Source: Octopus sinensis
Lineage: Eukaryota
Assembly: GCF_006345805.1 (NCBI RefSeq)
Contig: NC_043003.1
Span: 107,384,001-107,448,000, forward strand
Direction: 5' to 3'
DNA length: 64,000 nucleotides
Shown here: in pieces, positions 50,605 through 64,000 of the stretch
Position numbering within the stretch: the first letter of the stretch is position 1
Layout: every line of letters starts with the position of its first letter
Program-made: the position numbers and the translations under genes
The notes under the pieces: model-generated
What the model saw: the letters and a program-made list of their open reading frames with translations, nothing else
What the model was told of the DNA's origin: nothing
Database searches by the model: none

Positions 50605-52245
50605 TTAGGTTGGCAACTAAGTTCCCGCTGTTTTTTTTAAATTTAAATTTAAAAAAAGTTTTAAGAAAAAATAACAACTAATTAATCAATAATGTATTCA
50701 CCCTTGTTGTTTACAACTTCTTCCCAACGTTCAACAAGATTTTCATTACCTCGTTGGTAGAAATCACACGATTTCGACTCGAAAAATTGATCCAACCAAG
50801 CTCTCAATTCTGCATCAGTATTGAACGAAACTCCGCGCATAGCATTTGAAAGAGATCGAAAGAGGTGGAAATCCATTGGTGCCAAATCAGGAGAGTACGG
50901 CAGGTACTCTGCGCATAGCATTTGAAAGAGATCGAAAGAGGTGGAAATCCATTGGTGCCAAATCAGGAGAGTACGGCAGGTACTCTGCGCATAGCATTTG
51001 AAAGAGATCGAAAGAGGTGGAAATCCATTGGTGCCAAATCAGGAGAGTACGGCAGGTACTCTGCGCATAGCATTTGAAAGAGATCGAAAGAGGTGGAAAT
51101 CCATTGGTGCCAAATCAGGAGAGTACGGCAGGTACTCTGCGCATAGCATTTGAAAGAGATCGAAAGAGGTGGAAATCCATTGGTGCCAAATCAGGAGAGT
51201 ACGGCAGGTACTCTGCGCATAGCATTTGAAAGAGATCGAAAGAGGTGAAAATCCGTTGGTGCCAAATCTGGAGAGTACGGCGGGTGTGGCAGCACTTCGC
51301 AGGCATGCGTTTGAGTGGCTTCCTTGGTCATATTGGTGATATGAGGGCGGGTGTTGTCGTGCAGCAGAAGAACTCCATGCTGACGATTAGGTCTTTTCTC
51401 TTGAATAGCCGTGTTGAGTCGTTCCATCTGTTGAACATACAGTTCCGCGTTGACCGTTTGGTCCGTTCAAGCAATTCGTAATGGATAATCCCTTCCCAGT
51501 CCCACCATACGCATAACATCGTTTTACACGGATGAAGATCTTGTTTCACGCGCTGTGTCGCTTCTTTACCAGGACTAAGCCATTCTTTACCTGCTTCATA
51601 TTGATGAACAGGTTCCATTTATCGTCGCCAGTAACGATTCAGTAAAGAAATCGTTGCTTGCATCCATGAGTTGAGCGGTGACGAGCAAGCAAACCAGCGG
51701 AGATTGTGGATCGTTGATTTTTGTTGTTGTCACTTAAAGCATGCGGAACCCATGCTCCATACTTCTGAACCTTTCCCATTGACTGAAGATGCTTTTCTAT
51801 AGCAGTGTGGGAGCATTCAATTTTCTCTGCCTGTTCCCTTGTCGTGCAAAAGTTGGTTTAATCGCTCTTCATCGAACTCAACTGAACGGCCAGAACGAGG
51901 TGCGTCTTTGAGGTCAAAACTTCCTTTTTGAACTTGGCATACCAATCACGAGTGGTTCTTTCAGCTATGGCACCTTCTCCATACACAGCAGAAATGTCGC
52001 GAGCAGCTTTTGCGACCTTAGAATCTTGATTAAAAGCATAAAGAAGGAGGTGTCGAAAATGCGCGTATTTTTTAACTTGACTTCCATTTTGATGAAGGGA
52101 AAATAAACAAAAATAAACAAAAATTAACTAGAAAAAGAAACAAACAAAACACAAAATAGATTTCAAAATGATTCAAAGATAGAATTCTCGAAAAAAATAG
52201 ATTCCCAAATTTAAAAAAACGGCGGGAACTTAGTTGCCAACCAAA
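50605..52245 (-). mobile_element. Complete mariner element (DD34D) with an internal tandem amplification
   Basis: TIRs TTAGGTTGGCAACTAAGTTCCCGC at both ends, with TA TSDs. Motifs WVPHAL, IVTGDDKW, KTMLCVWWD, LLHDNTRPH, HPPYSPDLAP. Length minus five extra 76-bp units is 1261 bp. Confidence 0.93.
50830..51285. repeat. Six tandem copies of a 76-bp unit encoding YSPDLAPxDFHLFRSL
   Basis: Unit starts at 50830, 50906, 50982, 51058, 51134 and 51210. Confidence 0.95.
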
Positions 52246-52519
52246 TAAATAAAATAACTGGTGGATCACCATGGAAACCGAGATGAATTCTTCAGTTTCG
52301 CATTAGTTTTGCAAGAATTTTCCTTTCTAAGAATTTTGCTTTCTTAATTTAGATATTGCATTGCAGGATCTCGAATGGGAAGAAATTGACTCTGGATACA
52401 AGTTATGTAATGGTTTACTCTTAGAACTTCTATTTCTGTCTTGAGCTTTTTCCTTCTTCTTTAGTAAATATATATGTTTACACGCATGTTTGGGAGTAAG
52501 ATTTCACGAATAATTTTCT

Positions 52520-52642
52520 ATGAGAGAGAGAGAGAGAGAGAGAGGTAGAGAGAGAGGTAGAGACAAAGAAGGGTAAAAAGAGAGTGTGTGTGAGAGAGAG
52601 AAAGATAGAGAAAGAGTGAGAGAGAGAGTGAGAGAGAGAGAA

Positions 52643-52701
<59 letters not shown>

Positions 52702-52988
52702 AAGAGAGAGAAAGAATGAGTGAGGGAGAGGGTGAGAGAAAGAGTGTGTGTGTGAGAAAGAAAGAGTGAGAGAGTGAGAGAGAAAGACTAAGAGAGAGAG
52801 AAAGACTAAGAGAGAGAGAAAGAGAGAAAGTGACAGAAAGATTGAGAGAGAAAGAAAGAGAGAGAAAAAAGGGTAGAGGGAGAGTGAGAGAGAGTGTGTG
52901 TGAGAGAGAGTGTGTGTGTGTGAGAGAGAGAAAGAGTGAGAGAGAGTGTGAGAGAAAGAAAGACTAAGAGAGAGAGAGTGTTATGAGG

Positions 52989-53045
<57 letters not shown>
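52520..53045. repeat. (GA)n-rich low-complexity tract
   Basis: Visible directly in the sequence. Confidence 0.9.
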
Positions 53046-53554
53046 TATGTGTGTAAAGTAAACTTTGGTTATCTTCCTGAGCCGTGTAGCACAACGGATG
53101 GTTCTACAAAGCAAGGCGCCGCTGTTTTAACACGTTTGTTTGCTCGACAAATTGCTCGAGATTCGAAGCTCTATTCTGGTCTATCTGAAACAATTAAAAC
53201 TTACAAAGTCCAAACATTTTATTCACTAGCAGACAATAATTAGAATAATCAGAACATTGGACAAAATTCCTTGCAGGATTTCTTCTTTTTATTTTTGTTT
53301 TTCTGTGTTCTAACTTGAAATTCTACCGAGGTCAACTTTACCGTTCATTGTGCCGGGATCGATAAAATAAAGTGGCTCTCCAGCACTGGGGTTGAAGCAA
53401 TCGAGTAACGACCTCTCCCCCCAAATGATCGAAAAACTGAAATTGTTAAAACTTTTACGTACCTTTTATCACATTACGGCCTTGTAGAATTCTAGTCGAA
53501 TGAATCGACCACTGTTCTTACTATTTTTTCTGAAGCTCCGTACTATTTCTTTTG

Positions 53555-53943
53555 GTGGAGGCGCAATGGCCCAGTGGTTAGGGCAGTGGACTCGCGGTCA
53601 TAGGATCGCGGTTTCGATTCCCAGACCGGGCGTTGTGAGTGTTTATTGAGCGAAAACACCTAAAAGCTCCACGAGGCTCCGGCAGGGGATGGTGGTGATC
53701 CCTGCTGTACTCTTTCACCGCAACTTTCTCTCACTCTTACTTCCTGTTTCTGTTGTACCTGTATTTCAAAGAGCCGGCCTTGTCACTCTCTGTGTCACGC
53801 TGAATATCCCCGAGAAGTACGTTAAGGGTACACGTGTCTGTGGAGTGCTCAGCCACTTACACGTTAATTTCACGAGCAGGCTGTTCCGTTGATTCGGATC
53901 AACCGGAACCCTCGTCGTCGTAACCGACGGAGTGCTTCCATCC
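53555..53943 (+). mobile_element. SINE family B, full length, with TSD
   Basis: 13-bp TSD ACTATTTCTTTTG at 53542-53554 and 53944-53956. Confidence 0.9.
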
Positions 53944-54706
53944 ACTATTTCTTTTGCCGAAATGCTAGATGAACGCACAAATACCCGTTGTCAAGCGGTA
54001 GTAGGGGACACTCCCCCCACACCGATGGTCTTCTTTCAGTTTCCGTCTACCAAATCCACTCACAAGGTTTTGGTTTACCCGAGGTTATAGTAGAAGACAC
54101 TTGCTCAATGTGCCATGCAGTGGGACTGAACCTGGAACGATATGGTTGGGAAGCAAGATTCTTAACACACAACTATGCCTGCGAACATTTCGCATAGGCA
54201 TTAATTATTATTAATAACTAGCAATATATTAATTATAGATATTAATTACATACCATAACACGATCCAATATATCATTCGCCTGGCGTTCTGCAGGTCATA
54301 CGAACATCATAATCAGTTAGACGGAAAACGAAACTCAAGAGAAACACTGTCATACTCATATGTTCATAGCAATAAATTTAAAACTGGTATTCCGTCGGTT
54401 GCGACGACGAGCGTTCCAGTTGATCCGACCACTGGAACAGTTTGCTCGTGAAATTAACGGGCAAGTGGCTGAGCACTCCACAGACACACGTACTCTTAAT
54501 GTAGTTCTCAGGGAGATTCAGCAATGTGACCCTTTGAATTACCGGTGCTGTTAATTTTTTGCTAGCTGAGTGAATTGGCATAAAGTGAAAATAAAGTGTC
54601 TTGCTCAAGGACACAACTCGCCGCCGAGTATAGAAATGACGACCTTAGATCGTGGGCCGAATAGACTAAGCCACACGCTTTCATACAATATATTTAAGCT
54701 ATTGCT

Positions 54707-55080
54707 AAGGCGGTGAGCTAGCAGAAACGTTCGCACGCCGGGCGAAATGCTTGGCGGTATTTCGTCTGCCGTTACGTTCTGAGTTCAAATTCCGCCGAGG
54801 TCGACTTTACCTTTCATCCTTTCGGGGTCGATAAATTAAGTACCAGTTACGCACTGGGGTCGATATAATCGACTTAATCCGTTTGTCTGTCCTTGTTTGT
54901 CCTCTCTCTGTTTAGCCCCCTTGTGGGTAGTAAAGAAATAGGTACTTCGTCTGCCGTTACGTTCTGAGTTCAAATTCTGCCGAGGTCGACTTTGCCTTTC
55001 ATCCTTTCGGAGTCGATAAATTAAGTACTAGTTGCGTACTGGTGTCGATCTAATCGATTGGCCCTCTCCCCCAAAATTTT
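54707..55080 (+). mobile_element. SINE family C with two internal ~185-bp units
   Basis: Unit starts at 54758 and 54943. Confidence 0.85.
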
Positions 55081-55824
55081 GAGCCTAGAGTAAAAAAAAG
55101 AAAGAAATATTAGCACACTGGGCGAAATTCTTAGTATTTCGTCTGCCGTTACGTTCTGAGTTCAAATTCCGCCGAGGTCAACTTTGCTTTTCATCCTTTC
55201 GGATGTCGATAAAATTAGTACCAGTTACGCACGGGGGTCGATGTAATCGACTTAATCCCTTCCCCCAAATTTGAAGCCTTGTGCTTCCAGTAGAAAGGAT
55301 ATTCAAGCTACTGTTGGTTATTAAAGTACGGGAAAGGCATTCAAATATCGGCTCTTCATTGCTTTGTTTGTTACATTCACAGCTGTGCCCCAGTATAGGG
55401 AACTGCCTACAAGATTTTCTTCAATTGGTCCCAGCACATATTTATGTGCGGCTCATTTTATTGATGTTTACTTGTCGAATAGCTAAGTTAACTTTGGCTG
55501 GAACTCGGCACATTCTTTTACATTCGTATGCATACAGTCATCGATACGTACGTAAGGCACAAGGCCAGCAATTTTTAGGGGTGGCGGTTAATCGAGTACA
55601 TCAGCTCCATTTCTGTATTGGTACTTTGTTTTATCAACCTCGAAAGGATGAAAGGTAGAGATAACCTGGGCTAGATTTGATCTCAGAATACAGAGCTCAG
55701 AAAGAAATATTGCAATGCTGTTTGTCGGACACTGTAATGTTTCTGCCAATTGAGAAAAATAAATGAACTTTGTTGATTAGTAGTTTTACAGAATCGTAGA
55801 TACCAGAATAAATCCTCAACAAAT

Positions 55825-56224
55825 AGGCGCAGGAGTGGCTGTGTGGTAAGTAGCTTGCTAACCAACCACATGGTTCCGGGTTCAGTCCCACTGCGTGGCA
55901 ACTTGGGCAAGTGTCTTCTGCTATAGCCTCGGGCCGACCAAAGCCTTGTGAGTGGATTTGGTAGACGGAAACTGAAAGAAGCCCGTCGTATATATGTATA
56001 TGTATATATGCGTGTGTGTGTTTGTGTGTCTGTGTTTGTCCCCCTAGCATTGCTTGACAACCGATGCTGGTGTGTTTACGTCCCCGTCACTTAGCGGTTC
56101 GGCAAAAGAGACCGATAGAATAAGTACTGGGCTTACAAAAGAATAAGTCCCGGGGTCGAGTTGCTCGATTAAAGGCGGTGTTCCAGCATGGCCAAAGTCA
56201 AATGACTGAAAGAAATAAAAGAGT
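55825..56224 (+). mobile_element. SINE family A, full length
   Basis: Matches the family A consensus. Confidence 0.85.
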
Positions 56225-56809
56225 AAGCAATCTGTCGAGTAAAAGAACAAAAACAAAACAAAGTAAAAAAACAAAACAAAACAACAACCCGGAAACAAAA
56301 CAAAAACGTTAAAACAGTGGTGCTTAGCTTTGCAGAAGCATGACAACGGCCAGGCTCGAACTTAGAACGTGAAGAGGTGTAATAAATACGTTTTCCGACT
56401 CTTAAAGGATACTGCCAATACACGACCATGAGGATGATGTTGATGATGATTTATAAAAATAATCATGATAATCACATTGATTTCTAGCATTGTTCGAAGG
56501 CCTCTGAGTTTGGCGGAGGATGTAGTCGAAAAAAAAAAAAAAAAGAAAAAAATCATCTGCAGTGCTTGATTGGTTCTCTCGTTAACGATCCTTGAATGAC
56601 GTGAGGCAAAGTTTGAAATTGGACATTTTGTGATGAACAACAACGGAGACTGTCGGATGCCAAACACTGCAAAGAATGGTCTCGGCCGATCGATTGATTC
56701 TGCTGTTTGGCGCATTTAAATCGATAGCATTAACCATTGATTTTATTAGCCTCAAGAGTCAAAGACGTCGGTGTTGCACAAGTAGGAAAGACAAACACAA
56801 CTGGAGGAT

Positions 56810-56878
56810 GGGGGGTGGGGTGGAGTTGAAGGTGGGGTGGAGTTGAAGGTGGGGTGGAGTTGAAGGTGGGGTGGGGGG
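56810..56878 (+). repeat. 17-bp G-rich minisatellite (GGTGGGGTGGAGTTGAA x3 plus a partial copy)
   Basis: Visible directly; G-run spacing is compatible with a G-quadruplex. Confidence 0.8.
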
Positions 56879-57855
56879 TTTATAAAATTGGAGAAGCTGC
56901 AACAACAACAACAACAGCAACAAGAGGTTAAAAATATCTCTAAGAATAACGGCTGTGTGATTAAGAAGCTCCTGTTGCAATCAGACGTGGTTTCGGATTC
57001 GATCTCAGAGAGCAACACCTTCGGAGAGTGTCTTCTAGCGTAGCTCCAGCTCGACCAAAACTTTGTGAGTGAATTTGGTGGGCGGAAACTGTGTGGAAAC
57101 CTGTCGTATGTGTATGTATGTGTTCGTGTTCGTGTTTGTGTTTATCTCGCACCCTGTTTGACAACTGGAGTTGGTTTAGTTTACGTGACTGTAAGTAACA
57201 TAGCGGCTCGGTGAAAGGGATCGATGGAATAAATTTTAAAATAAGTTCTGAGGTCGATTTATTGTTCAATTACCAGTTAATAATTATCGTAGCAGTTGCA
57301 ACATTGCAAGCTATTTACAGTAACATATTAATCCTTCGGGGACCCCCTTCGGTCATGAATGATCATGGGATTGAACCTACAAAGTTACCTTCCCATGCAC
57401 AAGTCCGGGCAAGGTTGTTTATGGAAGACCAGCAGTCGCCCATTCATACCAGTCTTCCCTGTCCCCACCACCGACGTTATCCAAGGGAAAGGCCGATACA
57501 GCTTGGGACCAGTGACGTCGCAACTCATTTCTACAGCTGAGTGAACTGAAGCAACGTGAAATAAAGTGTCTTGCTCAGGAACACAACACACAGCCCGGTC
57601 CGGGATTCGAGCTCACAACCTCACGATCGTAAGCTCGACGCTCTAACCACTAAGACATGTACCTTAAACCCTAAATTAACATTTAATACATGCGCTTAAT
57701 CTTTAGTGGCTCGGCAAAAGACACTGATAGAATAAGTACTAGGCTTACAAAGAATAAAACCTGGGGTCGATTTGTTTGATTAAGGGCGGTGCTCAAGCGT
57801 GTCCGCAGTCACATGACTGAAACAAGTAAAAGAAAAAAAACCCATGCCACTCTAA

Positions 57856-57884
57856 TCCCGAGCAACGCCGAGTATCTCTGCTAC
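57856..57884 (+). mobile_element. Helitron-like 3' terminus relic
   Basis: CCCGAGCAACGCCGAG hairpin-like motif followed 8 nt later by CTAC (canonical end is CTAG). Confidence 0.45.
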
Positions 57885-57889
57885 TAAGT

Positions 57890-58455
57890 ATGCCGGTGTG
57901 GCTGTGTGGTAAGTAGCATGTTTCCCAACCACATGGTTCCGAGTTAAGTCCCACAGCGTGGCACCTTGGGCAAGTAACTTCTACAATAGCTTCGGGCCGA
58001 CCAAAGTCTTGTAAGTGGATTTGGTAGACGGAAACTGAAAGAAGCCCGTCGTATATATGTATATATGTATATCTCTTTTACACTTCTGTTTTCAGTCATT
58101 TGACTGTGGCCATGCTGGAGCACCACATTTAGTCGAGCAAATCGACCCCAGGACTTATTCTTTGTAAGCCTAGTGCTTATTCTATAGGTCTCTTTTGCCG
58201 AACCGCTAATATACGGGGACGTAAACACACCAGCATTTACACACACAAATATACATACACCCACACATAATACATACACATATACATATATACGACGGGC
58301 TTCTTTCAGTTTCCGTCTACCAAATCCACTCACAAGGCTTTGGTCGGCCCGAGGCTATAGTAGAAGACACTTGCCCAAAGTGCCACGCAGTGGGACTGAA
58401 CCCGGAACCATGTGGTTGGTAAGCAAGCTACTTACCACACAGCCACTCCTGCGCC

Positions 58456-58457
<2 letters not shown>
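57890..58457. mobile_element. Two family A SINEs in opposite orientation
   Basis: Plus-strand head at 57890-58060 followed by a minus-strand copy at about 58075-58457. Confidence 0.75.
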
Positions 58458-58523
<66 letters not shown>

Positions 58524-59399
58524 GTGTGTGTGTGGGGTGTGTGTGTGTGCGTGCGTGTGTATATATATATATGTATGTATGTGTATATATAATATATATA
58601 TCTATATATATATATATTGTAAGTTGTGTAATGTTTGCGTGTCTTGCTTGTCCCGATGCTGGTGTGTTTATGTCCCCGTAACTTAACGGTTCGCCATAAG
58701 CGACCGATAGAATAAATATTAGGCTTACAAAGAATAAGTTCGGGGGTCGATTTGCTCGACAAAAGGCGGTGCTCCAGCATGGCCACAGTCAAATGACTGA
58801 AAACAGAAGTGTAAAAGAGTGCATCGATCCCCTGGGACCTATAATGCTGCCACGACAACCCTGATTCAGCTTCTACAGAGTCCAAGGGTTTCTATTCCAC
58901 CGAGCACATTGCCATGATGGGCACCTGACTGTATTTCAGACGCCAAATAAAACTTGTAACATGTCTTGTAACATTGGAACACGGCTGTTTGGAGAGAAGG
59001 TGACTTCAATAACAACGGCTCCAAGACTCGACTGCTGCGTATTTTATCGATATCGGAAAGATGGAAACGAACAGGCGGGATTTGAACGTAAAGCGCTATC
59101 ATTAAATACTGCAAGGTATTTTGTCCGTCGATCAAACGATGTTGCCAATTCACAACCACAAGAAAATTAAACAAGGCATCGGAAATGTTTGAAAAGCATG
59201 AATCACTATAAATACAAAAGAGAGGACAATAACACACGGGGAAAGAAGTGAGCAGAAAACGCCAAGAAAGAACCAAGAAAGATAAAGTGGAAATATATAA
59301 GACAATAAAAAAAAGTGAAAGGATATAGGGCAGATATAGGATAAAATAGGATGGAAAATAAAAGATATCAAGCTGTACAGAATTATATATCATATGAGA

Positions 59400-62810
<3,411 letters not shown>

Positions 62811-63703
62811 TACATCGACAGTCGCCCACAAATACAAATATGCAATGTAATAAGTATAAGAAATGAAAGATAAAATTATAAAAATGATAAAATTATAAAA
62901 AAAAAAAATGACCACCATTTTTACTAATGTGTTTTCTTGACCCCCAGATAGCCTTAGCCACCGAAGCAATGATCAAAAAGCTGAAAATGTAAATAAAGAA
63001 AATAACTACAAAAATCAACAAAGCAAAATCAAAACAAAACAAAAAAAAAAAAACTATTATACAGCATCGCTTCGTATTTTGCTAATTTTCCTTCTTTCCA
63101 AAAACCCTTTCTGTTTATTTTGGTGTTTGTTCTGTTTTTATGTAAGCGACTGTTTCTCTTAGTCCTACGTTCTCCATTCACTCGCATCAACGGACGTACT
63201 GCGCTCTGCCAGCTTGTTTGGTTTACTAGAAATAGCAGTTACATCTATCTCCCAAATTACATAGAAGACTCTTTTTTTTTTTTTAAAGAAAAGGGCGTAT
63301 TGGTTAATGGCGGTTTTAGAAGTCTGAAAAAAAAAGAAAAAAAAGAAAAAGAAAAAGAAAAATATTGTTTGTGGCTTTGGTCATAGTGTTCCATGACCAG
63401 AGTTGGCCCTCGAGCCGAAACAATAATAAAAATGCTGACTGTGGTTTAATCACAATCGTTTCACGTCTGCTACAATAAAATAAAACTATATCCCTATGTG
63501 TGTATATTCTCACAGATGCATGCACATACACACATGTACATACACTGCCTAAATACCATTCTTGAGAGATTAGGCTTCTCAGAACCAGAAAGGAGAAAGC
63601 TAATTCGAAGACTACAGATCCAATCCATCCCTGGAACGGTAAAGATCTGTAAAACTTTCCAGAGGTTTATCATTTAAATATATATGAGCATGTCTAGATA
63701 TAG

Positions 63704-64000
63704 GGGAAGCACTCCGTCGGTTACGACGACGAGGGTTCCGGTTGATCCGAATCAACGGAACAGCCTGCTCGTGAAATTAACGTGTAAGTGGCTGAGCACT
63801 CCACAGACACGTGGTACCCTTAAACATAGTTCTCGGGGATATTCAGCGTGACACAGAGAGTGACAAGCCCGGCCCCTTGAAATACAGGTACAACAGAAAC
63901 AGGAAGTAAGAGTGAGAGAAAGTTGTGGTGAAAGAGTACAGCAGGGATCACCACCATCCCCTGCCGGAGCCTCGTGGAGCTTTAGATGTTTTCCCTCAAT
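63704..64000 (-). mobile_element. SINE family B, running off the window end
   Basis: Same tail as 13181-13566 and 49859-50243. Confidence 0.85.

Noticed and set aside
50830-51285. CRISPR-like array
   Set aside because: The units are contiguous with no unique spacers, derive from a mariner coding sequence, and sit in eukaryotic DNA without cas genes.
53104-53184. Possible terminal exon on the minus strand (IDQNRASNLEQFVEQTNVLKQRRLAL*)
   Set aside because: The acceptor is plausible, but there is no matching upstream exon or recognisable homology.
53555-53630. tRNA gene
   Set aside because: The tRNA-like head continues into a SINE body with a TSD and lacks a complete cloverleaf. The same applies to the other SINE heads.
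63395-63430. GGC-CCTCGA-GCC-GAAAC resembling a hammerhead 3' half
   Set aside because: The core and stem I cannot be built.

Overview
AT-rich, repeat-dense eukaryotic DNA. The SINE/LINE content looks like an octopus or other cephalopod genome (inference). Only one host gene is supportable: a two-exon METTL7A/TMT1A-like methyltransferase (789-1304 joined to 10316-10552, 250 aa, 9-kb phase-0 intron) with a degenerate SAM-binding motif I. The rest is three tRNA-headed SINE families, RTE/CR1/Penelope/Helitron fragments, Tc1 and mariner relics, MITEs and microsatellites. The main result is that four unrelated non-coding repeat families each carry a minimal type I hammerhead ribozyme (HHR) motif with a palindromic stem III. 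Their 3-8 core pair covaries (C-G, U-A, G-C), and three of the four families sit as divergent inverted pairs. One family is a ~360-bp tandem, retrozyme-like repeat embedded in (TA)n. A full-length 5.3-kb Tx1-like L1 retrotransposon without a poly(A) tail has inserted into it (17-bp TSD) at the base of the ribozyme's stem I, leaving the ribozyme intact 62 nt downstream. All folds were paired by eye; no searches or folding programs were run.
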